A stretch of DNA of 61,177 bases, counting the filler, from Basidiobolus ranarum (lineage: Eukaryota): assembly GCA_040143965.1 (NCBI GenBank). It is 11 parts of 11 records of this genome, joined end to end, with 100 filler letters (N's around TTAATTAATTAA, not from the genome) between each part and the next. Parts side by side here need not be neighbours in the genome. Positions count along the whole stretch, not along the records: positions 33,469 to 38,936 come from JASJQH010008463.1; positions 39,037 to 44,501 come from JASJQH010008464.1; positions 44,602 to 50,063 come from JASJQH010008465.1; 8 more parts are not named here. One strand, 5' to 3'. The first letter of the stretch is position 1, and the number at the start of each line of letters is the position of its first letter. Both the position numbers and the translations under genes were made by a program. The notes under the pieces were generated by a model. That model was not told the origin of the DNA. It ran no database searches and saw only the letters and a list, made by a program, of their open reading frames with translations. Positions 35,950-50,163 of this stretch are shown in pieces.

Positions 35950-38620
35950 CATCTCTCATGCTCATAATGAGCCTATCTCTTTGTATTCCTCGTACAAACC
36001 TTATTTAGTCCAACATATTATGGTACATCTTTTACAAAAAGTAGAAGTTACTGGACTGTTTTGTATATCAACACGTGATTACCATCAAATAAATATTGGC
36101 CTGGATACCAGTCATCAATTCTAGTCATTCCAAGTCCATCCTTACTAAGTCAGGCAAATAGACTGGAGAAAACTCATATTATTGAAGAGTTAATCACACT
36201 TTTGAGAAGCTCTGTATGAACAACTCAGCTTTCATTTGCTAAGTCCATGACTATTTTTTCAGACATGTATCAACTATCAATTGCTAATAATGGGAGATGA
36301 AATTTGGGCCCAAAATTTGCCTAATTACAATCCCCCTCCTTTACCTGTACATCAATTCAATGATATTTATATCTTACATGCAGTATTGAGTATTGTTATA
36401 CAAATCAATCCAAAAAATTCTTATGCCAAAGTATGTTTCAGCATGAATCAAATTTAGTTCATCAGATTTGACTACTAATTGGAAATGGTGCCAATTGCTC
36501 CATGCCAGATATTGTGAGTAAAATCAATATGAAGGGAAGCATGTGGCACCCACATTAGTGATTATAATTGAATCTCATTCTTTACTTGCATTTTTTAAAA
36601 AACCATACCTCTGCATTCACTCTATGGTTAACTGGATAATTTTCTCATAACTTAATCAGAGCACAAATAGCAGCCATTGACATTATGAAGGTAATTCCAC
36701 TACCATTGTTGATGTTATCCACATCTGTATTCATTATGACCAGTGAATTAGTTTTGAGCCAACAATTTTTTACTTTTGCATTTCATGTATCTGTATTTCT
36801 AGATACTCTGTTTGACTAGAGCAAAATGTTTGAATATTTTCATTGTTGAAGTATCTTAGGAATCTGTTGGAAGTGATTTGGATTATGAGAACAATTTTGT
36901 GGTTGTATCTTTTTAATCTATTGGGTAAAAGGTTGAAAAATATATTTTTATAAGATAAATGGACAAACATTCAAGTCCCAACAAATTGTGAACACAGTTG
37001 GGGCTTGTTGTGAACCAACATACAACATTACTTAACTTAAACTATCTCTATTCAACTTGCATAAGTATACATCCCTTCTATCTGATTCTATGATATCATA
37101 TGATCATTATCCAATCAATATCAACTGCTGAGTTATTTCCATACCCTCCCTCAATTCACAGTAGTATAAGCTTATCATAGGGAAACTATAAATTTCTCAA
37201 CTTTCTGTCTTGCCAATATTGTGATTAGCATAGCCCAGATACCACCATAGTCATATGTAGCCCAGGATTGAGTTTCTCCATAATTTACCAGCATACCACT
37301 CACCAAACTCAACTGGAACATGTTAAGAGTATTTTTACCAATTTAGAAGTTCTTAGATATATAGATTTCCCTAACTTGTGCAAGATGCCCTAGAGATAGC
37401 ACCAATATAGCTGAGACCTTCATTAAATATTCTATACACTTACCTATGGACTTATTACCAGTCATAGTGCCAGATTATGAGTATATATTGTAGAGGTTAA
37501 AGTATTCCAAGACTTATGCAGCACCATTGGGCACTATGACAAACCCTCTGGCATGATCCAAATCAATCACAATAGCTCAAATATACTGGGCCAACATCAA
37601 ATAAATCCTGACACAATGGAACAAGTTCTATGTGTATCACAATAAAACTATAAACATCAACTTTCTACCTATTACATTAATAAGTGAAAGATAAATTCTT
37701 CAACTTATCCAATAACTTCCAACAAACTTCAAAAAGACTCTTACAGTTTAAGAGCTCCAGGATTGCACTCTTGGCATTGAAAATCTCTCAAGTTTCTGGA
37801 ATTTTTCCCTCCCTTGAAAAATTGAAATGACAATACTGTTGCAAGAAAATGTCTTTGGGTTACTGTGGAAGGAGTAGATGCAATGCCAAGCCATCAGAGA
37901 TACAAGTTTTACCCCATGTTAAAAAAGAGCTCAGCACTTTAATATAATTGGTAATGATGTTGAAGCTAAATTGTAATTCATTGTTCAAGAGCAAATACTA
38001 CCTTAAAGATATGCAAATCCTTGGAAGAAACCAGCCACAGTAGTTTAACTGATAGCTATATGTTGCTAAAAGACAATTTTCAACTTGACATGGACACTAA
38101 GGAAAGACATTAAATCTCTGATTGACAGAGTAACCATTGTTGTGGATATAATGGAATGATTTGGAGTATCTGCAATTCATCAAAACTATCCAATCAGAGT
38201 CTTGAATAGCTCATCAGACAGGTTCCAGAGTCCTGAAAGGACTCCAGAATCCCAAGCCAAAAATTTGACCTTAAATTCTATACAGTCATATATTACTTGA
38301 TACTTCATTATCCTATGTGGAACTAATATATTGCCTATTATTCACAATTGTTATATACTTAGAGTATTTCACCAACAGAGAAGTTTGCAGAAAGGCATAT
38401 TTTTCAAAGAAGCTCCAAACCTTGCACATATGCTCCTGGGACCTTCCTTAACACATTCTACATGTTAGTTTTCTTATATCTTGACAAAGCTATAACCATT
38501 AACTTCAAACCCAAAAAGTTAATTAGATAAAACCTCAAGTTTCTTTAATTCTCCAAACCACTTTCAACAAGCTCCTAAATTATTTCAATATACAGGACTA
38601 TCATTGTAATGGCAAGATCA
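35950..38620. mobile_element. Heavily decayed LTR-retrotransposon debris (family-A LTR pieces about 37330-37745 and 38340-38590; Copia gag about 37750-38290 +)
   Basis: Homologous to the gag at 16860-17100 and to family-A LTRs. CpG nearly absent. Confidence 0.6.
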
Positions 38621-39036
38621 CTGAAACATGAATATATACTGACTTGCTATTATTGGGTGGAATTTGTTGGAACAATTAAATATCTGCAGTAAAGATATCA
38701 CACTAGAAGTATTGTTGGATAATTAATCTTTATTCAACATCAAAGTTAACTTTAGTTATGATACATATATCAGAAACAGAAAGCAATGTATCTATAGCAC
38801 CTATATCTTAAATAGGAATATCTCTATATCTATATAACAAGTATGTCTTATTACCCCCACTTATCTATTATATCTTATTACACAAACTCCTTAATATTGC
38901 AAACAATTGATTTACTTTTCTACTATATAAGTCACCNNNNNNNNNNNNNNNNNNNNNNNNNNNNNNNNNNNNNNNNNNNNTTAATTAATTAANNNNNNNN
39001 NNNNNNNNNNNNNNNNNNNNNNNNNNNNNNNNNNNN

Positions 39037-39157
39037 AAAATTGATTAAAATCAAATCTAACTTGACAATTTTGTGACGGTAAGTAAACGGTCAATCCCAA
39101 ATGGATTAAAATTGTGACGGTTTTCCTACAATAACAATCCTCAAATTTCTGTTAGGG
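39037..39157 (-). mobile_element. CACTA-like terminus, CpG-intact (young) copy
   Basis: Reverse complement begins CCCTAACAGAAATTTGAGG and retains three CpGs that are lost in the other copies. Confidence 0.7.
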
Positions 39158-39454
39158 CATGTTGAGAACAAAAACTAGCAAAGTCTTTAGAGCAGTATCA
39201 TCCACCATTATCCCTCCTTAGTACCCTTATTTTTTGTGCTGATTCTTTCTCCACCATTGCTTTTATAGTGTCTGAATGTAGTTAAGGCTTGAGAATTTGA
39301 TTTCAGAATGAATTCAAAATGAATTGGAGCAAAACCTGAGTGGATTTGATCTCTCCCATGCTTAAAAAAGGCTGTCTGTGATGTTTACAATATATACAAC
39401 CTTCATATAGATTTAATTTGGTGATGTTTACAATTTCTGGGCCTGAAACAGGCT

Positions 39455-40400
39455 GATTTTGAATCATTTGGGTCTTTTACTGGTAAGCTGAAAAACCTAA
39501 TATCATTTACTATTAACCAAGAATCAATGAACACTGTCTTGGGTAAATGTTGTTCACATTTGGCATATATACCACTGATATCTCATCTCAGAGTGTAGAT
39601 CTGATTACCATAATAAGGATTGATGGTCCACTACCAAAGTACTCATCTCAATGCCAATAGTATTGATAGTATACTTGATGGAGATAACCACCAAGCTCTG
39701 AAAAGAAAAGGTCTCTTCTAGAACATATATGCTCCTGCTTTTGCCTTATGACTTGATAGTTTCTCACTCAAGCAATGTATTAACAGAACAGCATGCTGTC
39801 ACATAGTTCTAAATAACTTTAGTCTTTCTCCTTTTGCATAGTATCAGAGTAGAAATGTTGAGATATTGTCAACCATATCTGGACCTAAAGCACCTTGGCC
39901 CAATGATAGCCTCTTGAAGCCATTACTTGCTGAATTTGAAAGGTTATCTGATGGAGTTTAAATGGTTTAATATTGTTGCAATGCTAATATTCCTTTACAT
40001 ACTGGTGATATTTCTGCAATTAGTAAACTCTAAAGTTTTTGTGGGCGCAGTGCACTAACTTGCTGAAAGTTCTGTCATATCCATGGTGTTCAATCTAACA
40101 AATATTCTAATTTACACTATTGGAATACAACACCAAACTTGATGGTCATACCTTCAAGCACTCCATTAGATTTTAGTCAAGTTTCTGGTATCAATACAAC
40201 TAACAGTCTGTCAAATATCAAAATTGGGAACAGCCATACGTCAAGGAATGTATTGTTAATGAGGATTAGCTGCAACCAGAGTTTCCCAGTATGTACTATG
40301 CTCATTCCATTCAACAAAATTCTAATATAAATAACTCTGCTTTACCATGGAAAGTTTCATCTGAGCATATTGTATGAGATAGGATTCAAGCTAGTATCAA
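39455..40400 (+). mobile_element. Degenerate CACTA/EnSpm transposase fragment
   Basis: Collinear with about 1530-2480 and 51330-52130 (ISGPK.P...DSLLKPLLAEFE.LS.GV...GD..AISKL). Confidence 0.7.
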
Positions 40401-40429
40401 TCTGTGTGGTGATCAAGAATGTTGGAAAT

Positions 40430-43400
40430 AGAAAAGCAATCTGGAAACACTATTCTTGCTGCCAAAGATGTATCTGTCTCTAGAATAGTAGTCACCAACT
40501 CTGTCAATATTCAATGTGGAAATTCTCAAATTTGACACTTCATGGAATTCATGAATATCCATGATTAACCATGTATTGCTATTGGTCTAGATGTATTCAT
40601 GCATTTAGTCTTTAATATTGGAGGACCACAAGTCTCTTATCCTGGTTTCAGCAACTTGCTACCACTAGATTCTGATTTCAACCAAGAAGTAATCTTGGAA
40701 AATCCTGAACAAGGAGACTTATTACCTTCCTTTCCAGCATATGCTAAATCTGTCAGATTGGCCATTCAACCTGCCATTGCGAGAAGCCAGAAAATCCCAA
40801 AGAACAGCTTCTGCACTATACCAGAGTCTCTTGTTCTCTTAGAAGCACCATCTGGAGAAACAACTTGGAGAAGACAATATCCAATTTCACATACTCTACA
40901 ACCATTAGTTTATGGAGTAGTACAGAAATGGGCTGATATTGGCATTACCACTCAAGCACCTGTCTACACTACCTTCAACAGCCTTGTGACCTTAGCACCA
41001 ATGAAGGATTTCAAAGGAATTCATTTGCTAAAAAGACCCTGTTGAAATTCAAGACCTCTAAGCAAGCTGCTACAGGATGAGAAATTTCCCATTCCAAGAA
41101 TCAACAAAATATTTTCCTCACTCTTCATATAGAGAAACATGCAATGAATGTTTCAAAAGGCACCCTTTAGACCCAAGACATTGACCAACAAGTTTCAAAC
41201 AGTTATGACTATCATCATCAAATATGCTAATTATGCCTTAGTGTTTGTTGATGATTTTTTCATTGCCAGGGTTAACTGCCAGGGCTGATGATGTAACCCA
41301 TCTTACTGATATTCTCCAACATCTTACTTCTGCTGGACTAATCCTGAATGCTGAAAAATTCAGCTTTGGCTGCCTTCAAATCAATCTACTTGGTTTTATT
41401 ATTACTTCTACAGACCACCAATTAGATTGTTTCAAGTTAATCAACATCAAGGATTTGGGTTTGGGTTTGGGATAGTTTTTTACCAGGATGAAGACCAAAG
41501 TCCACCTTTATGAATTTCATTACAAGCAAGATCTTTGCAGCATGCTGACCACAATTAATATGCTACCAAGAAGAAGTTACTATTCATTGTGTTTGCCCTC
41601 AAGAAATATCACCAGTATCCCTGGGGAAATCCTTTTACTCTTTACACTTTTTCCAACTTCCCTGTGGGAGGGACATGTGATTACTGATGTAATCAGCAAA
41701 CTCACAACTACTATAGACTTGATCCTTCAGCAAGACCCAGATCCATGAATTTGGCCACCGCAAAATGAAAGGAGTAATCTTATTCAGCTGTGCCACCTAC
41801 TAGGACACTTTGGAGCTTATACACCTATGAAGAAGGTACTCTCAAATGGATACCACTGGCCCAACATCAAGTCTGACTACCCTGATTTTTTAAGGTTTTG
41901 AAGAGATTGTCTACTCTACAATGTGACACACAATGGTTTTCACCCTTTGACTTCAATATATGCTGAACTCCCTATTGATCATATTGCTATTGACCTAGCT
42001 AGACCTTTCACAACCATTGATGACGGAAATAACTACCTCTTTTTGATAGTAAATGTTTGGTCATGTTTTGTGCTTCTCAAAGCTCTACCAGACAAATTTG
42101 CCACTACCATTGCCTAAGGCTTATTCCAGCTATTCTGCCTCTTTGGATTTAACAAACTCATTCCATATGCTAATGAAACTGAGTTTGTTAAACAAGTCAT
42201 CAAAGAACTCTGCCATAACTCTGCTATTGATCACAGACTAATAACTCCCTATCATTCTAAAGCTAATGGACTTGCAGAAAGACATATTCAAACATTTGCA
42301 AACATCATCTGTAAGTCCATCAATGGAGTCAAGAAGAATTGGGACAAGTCAATCCTAATGCTGCACTATGCTATCAACACTAAGATTGCAGCACTTCATG
42401 GACTTACCCCATTCTCACATATGTTTGGAAGAATGTTCAACCAACTAGAGAACTATCAAGATGTTCCACTCAAGCCAATGAGCACTAACAACTTAGTCAA
42501 ACATCTTCAATTTCTAACAGATATAGTCTACCCTGGAATCACCTTCAGAAGCTGAAATGTAAGTAGTCAAAAGAAGATGATATCTAAGCACACTTCTAGG
42601 CACAAGACTACTAGTTTTTCAGAAGGTTGTTTTGTCATGACTTTAGATCCCATTCACTAATTCAAACCTGCTCCAAAGTATAAAGGTCCCTTCAAGAATA
42701 TTAGAAGAACCACTGGAGGATCTTATGTACTTCAGGATAACATCAGAGACTTACTACACTAGAACTTTCCACCATCTTCCCTCAAATGTATTTCACAAGA
42801 TCCAACATTTACTGAATCATAAGAAGTAGAAGTCATAGTCTATCATAATGGTGAAGAACCCAACTGCCTTTACTTGGTCAAGTGGTGGGGTTACAATGCC
42901 AAACATAATACCTTGGAGCCCCACAGTCACTTTGATAATATCTCTATCATAGACCAATATTGGAAAAACAGAGAATCACATATTAAGAATAGCCTCATCC
43001 AGGGAGGGAATGATGTTACACATCAACATAAAAAGTTGTTTAACTTCACCATATTGACTCTATCATGTGACCTATCACATGACTAACTATGTTTCCTCTT
43101 AACCCTTCTGTCCAATCAGGTGATCAATCACATCATAACTATCCAATCAGTATCAACATCTGAGTCATATGCCCAGGCTCAAGTCAATATGAGTCACAAG
43201 ATTCATAACCAACGATCTGTCACTGCTAAGAGTTCAGCTGATGCATGACTCACTATCCATTCATATTGTCTTTAATTGCAATTAGTCATCTATTATCTGG
43301 GCATTGACTAGTTTGCTTTGCTCAAAAAGTATATACAAAGCTAACTGAACTGTTGGTTTAGGGTTTGTCTCAACAGATATAGGATCTCAACACTTCTCAG

Positions 43401-43547
43401 TGTGTCTTCATAAGTTCAGTATTCCTCTCTTATCTCTTTCCATGCCTAGTATCCACTAGCATCTAAAGAACGTAAAGCCAAGCTGCCTAGCAAACCTACT
43501 CACTACTGTAATAAAGAAATCAACTGCCATTCCCAAGACATATATCA
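40430..43547 (+). mobile_element. Degenerate Ty3/Gypsy chromovirus: PR-RT-RNaseH-IN-chromodomain, PPT, 3' LTR from 43014
   Basis: RRQYPI; FPIPRI; FVDD; IVFALKK; H..GHFG zinc finger; HIAIDLA.P; TPYH..ANGLAER; YLVKWWGY...NT.EP. PPT AGGGAGGGAATGA then TGTTAC. The LTR end (about 43547) is a guess. Confidence 0.9.
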
Positions 43548-44039
43548 GTTAGAGCTGCTCTCCTAATATATCCTACTTGAACAGTTCTAAGCCTCTGCTC
43601 TAATTGTTTCCTTTGCTCAGTAAAGATAAAGACTTTATTCACTTTTCTGTTGGATGCAACAAAGTCACTATTTTGGTGGATGAAATCGAATGCATTGGAG
43701 TGCCTAGTAATGTTCAAGATATTGTAGTTCCAGTCCTGATTAGTCTGCCACATGAGTGTCAGAGCCTAGTAATGTTTCTAGTGGAAAGAACTGAAAATTT
43801 GGCCATCAAATATATATTTGGCAGACTTCTGGATGATAATTTATGCAAATTGGGATCCAATTAACTAAGAGAAGTGCGTTAATAGACTATGGGAAACCTT
43901 CCTACACAGCTCAAAAGCACTCTGAAAAGAAAATAACACAATCTATGTTTACTGAAATAGAAATGGCCACTTTTGTGAAGATTGCTATAAAGAATTGCGA
44001 AAAAAGAGAAGTACTGAATCTGGAAGTGTTGATACACCT

Positions 44040-44501
44040 GAAGTTCCCTTCTTCATATCTGCTCTATCTACAACTACCAACAAGGATTCTCAGACATGGT
44101 ATATTAGACTTGTTTTATTGGACCAGATCAGATGTTGCCACTTGATTCAGCTTGCTAAAACACTATCAGGAATAATCTGTCAGTTACCATGGCCAGGTCT
44201 TATAACACTTGATTGTACACTCTAAGGAACAATATGACACCATCCCCATACATTTGGACAAAAAGATTTTTTGGAGATATTGTGCCAGCTTGTACCAAGT
44301 TACCCAATATAATATTGCCAAACTATGATTTTTGGCATATGTTGGGGAGAATGTAGGATTTATTGTAGCTAACAAGAGGCCCAGAGAAGGGATACTCATG
44401 GGGAGGCAAAGGCTTCATAATAACATTTTTTCCCATTTTAGAGCAAAAGTAGAACATAGCTTTTGTTTTCTAAAGAGATATAGCAAAGTAGCAGGCAAGT
44501 A
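44040..44501 (+). mobile_element. DDE_Tnp_4-like (PIF/Harbinger/ISL2EU) transposase remnant
   Basis: LDCT motif and C-terminal N..FS.FRAKVEHSF..LK signature. Confidence 0.5.
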
Positions 44502-44601
44502 NNNNNNNNNNNNNNNNNNNNNNNNNNNNNNNNNNNNNNNNNNNNTTAATTAATTAANNNNNNNNNNNNNNNNNNNNNNNNNNNNNNNNNNNNNNNNNNN
44601 N

Positions 44602-46161
44602 CCAGTTCTTCTCTGCGATCTCAGTAGCCTTGGCTTCACCGACGAGTAAAGTACTTTCTACGAATCCGGGGTCTTTTTCCAATCGCTTCATTTCCGATTG
44701 AATGGGGTTTAATGTATGTACCAATACTTCGGCCAAATCTTCTTTGAATTGGGAGTTATTTGAATCTTGATGGATTCCACAGATCTCTTCAATACTCTTT
44801 CCACTGGCTCCTGAATAAATTCGCAATAAATTCGCCAATTCTGGTCTTTTTTCTGGCTCATAGGTGATGCCCGTGAATGAATCAGTGGTTGCTTTACGGA
44901 TTTTGCGTACAATGGTATCGCTTGGATCGTTCAGATTGATACGAGTGTTATCTGAAGGATCAGATTTCGACATCTTGGAGCTACCATTTCTTAGAGACAT
45001 GACCCTTCTAGTTTGAGCTTTAAGAGGTGAATAAAAATAACGTATCCAAAAGATGATGTTAGATGTGTTCATTTGGTGATCATATTTTCTGTTGACTTAC
45101 TCAAGATTGCTTGGGGGAGTGGAAAGACATCTTTCTGATAACGATGATTAAAGGTGGTTGCGATATCTCTTGCCAATTCCAAGTGCTGAATTTGATCTTC
45201 ACCAACAGGGACATGAGTGGCACTAGTTAGTTAACCGAAAGTTAGCAACTCGATCTCGTAAACATCTGGAGGTGATAGGATCATGTGATGGTGAGTATTA
45301 CTTGTATATGAGTATATCCGAAGCCATAAGAACTGGATACGCAAAAAGACCAAGACACAGGCCTGATGATGCATCTACTTCAGCAATGGATTGTATTCCT
45401 TTGGATAGTTGAAGTTTACTCTAGATAAAGAGTGTGAATAGTTCGAATCATTTCACCAAAGTCTCAATCCATAGATTATATTACCTTCCATTGTGTCATA
45501 CGTGTTAACCAACTAACTGGAGTTATACAATTCAATATCCAATTGAGTTCAGCATGTTGAGTTACCTAGAGAAGAGTGAATGTATATATCATAGACTAAT
45601 CAAAATGATCAACCTCAGTGTATACTTACTCGTGACTGCCTAAATAAGATCACCCTTTCTACATCAATACCACAAGCAAGTAACGCTATGGCCGAATTTT
45701 TAATACTTTTACGAAGTGTTGCTGGATCTTGGGGTAAAGTTAAAGCATGAAAGTCGACGATACTATAAAGTATCTTGGCATTTTCTCCATTTTTATCTTC
45801 TACAAAAGAGAGAGGTGCATATTCGTTTTGTAACTTTACCCAATTCGCGATAGCACCTAAATAGTTTCCCAAATGAAGTGAACCAGTGGGTTGAATCCCC
45901 GATAAAATGGTGACATTTTTGGTTTCGGGGGAACTAGTCGAAGTACTAGCTAAACGAATAGACTAGTCGAGATGAAAAAAAGAAAAAGTTACTATGTTAA
46001 GTTGATTTCTAGAAAAAAGTAACGGCGTAAGGGACATGTAGGGACTTTTTAAGTAACCCAGTACAATTCTCCCTATAACATAGTATGGTACTTACCTGCA
46101 CAAGCTTCGTGTTTATGGAGGGTAAAGCTCTCCCAAGTGACGTGACTCTCATAAAATGCAT
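44602..46161 (-). CDS. MSW1: Mitochondrial tryptophanyl-tRNA synthetase, 3' truncated; exons 46161-46096, 45962-45630, 45565-45485, 45420-45302, 45222-45101, 45017-44602
   Basis: [38 protein letters not shown] and KMSKS. Presequence-like N-terminus. The start could also be at 46152. Confidence 0.95.
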
Positions 46162-46870
46162 TGGAATTTCTAAAGCTTAAAGTGCACACTGAAGCTTGGA
46201 TTTATTCAAAATATTGATAAATACAAAATTTTTTACTACTCGAAAAATCGGGATTTTCCTTACCTTGATTAAGGCCAAAATAATATCATGGTGATCCATG
46301 CTCTAAACTCCAAAGGTGGGACCAAAATAAATTGGGTAGTATTTTGCATGATATAAAGATGAATCAATTATTGGATGTAGTAGTGGGTACGTTTACCACC
46401 GGTTCAGTTGAACTATTACAAGCTCTGCTATATCATCCCACTTATTACAGTTCTTATGAGTAACATTAGATAGTAGAAGATTGAAATTACCTTGAGTAGA
46501 GAGGAAGAGTAATGTCTCTCTCAATGGAACTCTCATGAAGACAGTGATTTGAAAAAGATTGATGAGAATATAAACGAATTTGTTGTAGCAAGAGTGATTG
46601 AAGTAAAGTATTCGAATTCGTTAAGCTAGCACTTATAGTTGATTAAAGTTCTCTGTAATGATCGGCCTGTTTGTTTCAGTGGTGAAGACGGATTGTTTCT
46701 ACCTACTATTATTGTGAGTATCGTTGAAAGTTCCATAATAGTCTTAGAAGACACTGAGCATTAGGATTTCTTTATTCAATTCCAACCATCCAGTAAGTAT
46801 ACATTCTGATCATTTTCGTAGTGATGATTAGGCAATGTTCGTTGGCTAAAGTAAAGGATAGAGAAGGGGA

Positions 46871-49800
46871 TTAAGGAAGAGATGTCAAGAATAAATTTTT
46901 GCAATCACTTGAAAAGAACTCTTCGAAGTCTCTAGAGAAGTCAGCGATTTCCGAGCTAACTGATCCGGTCAGTGCAAAGTAAAAATCGCGTAGTAAAGGA
47001 TGCAAATTACAGTGCTCTAATTTAGCAAGAGTGCTCTTTAATTCTACATTGAAAGGAGGTGTTAATCAACATAAATATACGTTTGGGAATGACCGCATTG
47101 AATGAATACAATTTGCATACCTGAGATAAAGCGCTCTTCTGGGGAAACCTTTTTAGCTAAAATAATTATCGAAGCTATTCTAAAAGCTTCTAAAAATACC
47201 GTGGCATGACCGGTAAATCCGAATGGACCAAAATTTCTGGACTATAGGGAGAAATATCAGGCAAATTAATGGTTTTATATTATTTGTATGGGCTCTATAA
47301 GCAAATAAGGTACCTGCTCCTTGGTTTTTTCTGAACTTTCAATCAATTGATTTAGCTTGGTAATGGCTTGATATCCTTCAAGGAGAAAGAGGTTTCTTAG
47401 GGAGTCATCGACGATTTGTTGCTCCACTAACTTTGCCAAGGTGTCTCGGAGTACCTGAAATATCAGTTGCGTATCAATCAAATCCTCTTTATAGATATTA
47501 GGTCTTTCGGCAGCAAAAAGAGCCTGATTTGGATTGAGCTCATGCTTTATGATAGTTTCTATCGTGCCAAAAAATCATGTTAAATACGTTGCTTGAATTG
47601 CTTTGAAAACATCTCTATACTTACCGAAGGACCCTCCTCCGTTTAATGTGTCCAAATAGGTTCTCATTAATTTTAGTGAGGTAGGCTCAAGTTTGGCAGC
47701 ATTTTGACAACATATCTCGGCAGCTCGCTCCGAATTCAATGGTGTTTCCAACTCTCCAATCTTTGAGATAAGCTGAGCGCTCTCTTGACGAATATCTATA
47801 TCATCATCTTGCAACAAACGGATGAGTACGCGATATACGTCAACCAAGATCTCATTCTCGGCTTTGCATGTATTACTTGTACCCCGCGACTTTAGAGATT
47901 GTTCGAAACGCTGGATTGAGGCAAGGGCTACTTCACGCAACGATTCAGACATGGATTCTTCGCTGTATTTCATGACATACTCGGACCAAACTTTTGAGGA
48001 TTCCAGGATCTCTTTTCCGTCTAGCCCGTATTCGTTTTTGTGAAGCCACATATAGTTTACCAAAGATCCGATCAAAGGGAGAGTGAATTCGACAACGGTC
48101 AATGATCTTGTACTACTCATCATGTTCATCAAGTGGTTCCAAAATTCACTGATACTAAAGGTGATGTCTTTCTCATTGTATGCTTGAATTACAACAGGTA
48201 TGAAATTGCCACGGGAAAGCAAGCTGATTTCAATCTTGAAGCATTCCAGGTTAGTTTCGCCAGCATATATCAATTGAGCTAACTTTAACCATAGTCGGTT
48301 CATACTAAACTTAGATTCCGTCTGGCTAGTACGCTTTTCTACTAATCGATGAAGAGTCCTAAGCGTAGATAATCGAACTTCATAATCTGGATCTTCTAAT
48401 AGCGCTTCTATTATTTCATCCGCACCTAATTTTACGAAGTCTAACTCTTGACTGGCCGCTTGTTGAGTAATGATCTTGGAAGCATGCCGAAGCACCAAAT
48501 ATCTGCCAACATCAACATTGTTGTCATTTATCTGCTCAGCAAAAACATCGCGGAATGCATATAAAAGAACATCCTTTCGGAGTTCTGAGAAAGCATCATC
48601 TGCCACTACAGTAAGCCTATTTTTGCTTTGATCAATGATGTTGCATGTGATCCAAGCGGGTTCGAATACAAATTCTGACATCATATCGTAGAATACGGCG
48701 CGAGTGATACCACATTTGTTATCGCCGAGTAATAGTCTTAACTTAGACTGAAAATGAACGGCAATACAATTGATTACATCTTTCTGTACTTCGTAATTGA
48801 CTACGTCGTACAAATGCCCTCTAAGGAGTGACAAAAGTTGAACTAGACGGCCATGAAGTTTGTTTTGCGATTGAATGTTAATATCACTCCAGAGCATTTC
48901 GATGGTGGTAACCAAGTCATTGGTGACTACTAGCGGTACGAGAGCACGGGCTGCCATTTCTCGAGTTTTGTATATGCATCCGCTGGCACACTCAAGAACT
49001 GCAGGGACAAAAGCCGACATAGTTAATGCTGAATCAGGCCCATCCATAACTGAAGGCTGTAATCGTGAGAGTAGTGTCAAAACTGGGTATAGACCAGGGT
49101 GAACAACAGGGGAATCAAGTTCCTTTGATCTTAACATCTGCTCTACAGCGAGTTCCAATTCTGTTAGCAAGAAAGGATGCAGTTTGGGAAACCGAGAGAA
49201 GAATTCTTTGCCGGTCATTGTATTCATTGAATGGTGTTCATCTTTGGTTTTCTTTGTCCCAAGCGTTCTTTGTAACAATGTGGAGAAAAGCATCACGGAA
49301 CAGTTGCGGATCGCCCAACAATCGGAAGAGAAACCTGAAATGGCTAACATGAGACCATCCTCAACATAGGATAATACTTTGGTGCCTTGCTTGGCGTCGG
49401 TAAACATCTGCCTTAAAATATTGAAAGCGTGAACCTGAGGTAGATCAGTATTCTGATTGGCTTCTATTGAAGGCACTTCTCGAGCAATCTTGAACGCTTT
49501 TTTCATGGTGTAATTTAAAAGGTACGTGCTATCAGCCGGTTCACTGCTTACAATAGCTAAAATACACAGTGGAATTCCTGCACTTCTACGTGTAACAGAG
49601 ACCGAATTAGAGAGAATATTATCTAGGTTTTCATTTAGCCATGTTTTAGGTACAGCTGAGTGATCAGAATCTGGGGCAGTCAATAGCCTGGAGCAAACGG
49701 CTATGTAGCCTGGATATACGGCAGAAAAGGCACCACGATGGCGGATTGAAGTTAATAAAGTGCGAAGTAAATTGCCACCTTGAATTACATGTTCATAACT

Positions 49801-50063
49801 CATTACGGGGAGAGTATCGCTATTCCCATCATTCAAGGGAGCACGAGAAAGAAGAACACCAAGTAATGTGCTTGCTTCTTTGACGGCTCTCCAGCAATAA
49901 CTTAATATGGCTCGATTCTCAGAGCCTATACTACTTTCGTTATTTTGGGGAGTAGCATCTTCAATCATCTCTTCTATCTCTTGGAAAAGAGGATTGTTAC
50001 CTTCAGGTGAAGGGTCGGATAAAATATTAAGAGCAGTAGAGCACTCTAAATTAGCTAAATCAA
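46871..50063 (-). CDS. TRM732: THADA/Trm732 armadillo-repeat tRNA methylation cofactor (DUF2428), 5' truncated; large exon to 47625 plus about three small 3' exons
   Basis: CWRAVKEAS, RHRGAFS, TRRSAGIP, QVHAFNILR and WAIRN. After the GTAAGT donor at 47624 the frame continues LFAAERPNIYKED. The final exon and stop (46871) are less certain. Confidence 0.88.
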
Positions 50064-50163
50064 NNNNNNNNNNNNNNNNNNNNNNNNNNNNNNNNNNNNN
50101 NNNNNNNTTAATTAATTAANNNNNNNNNNNNNNNNNNNNNNNNNNNNNNNNNNNNNNNNNNNN

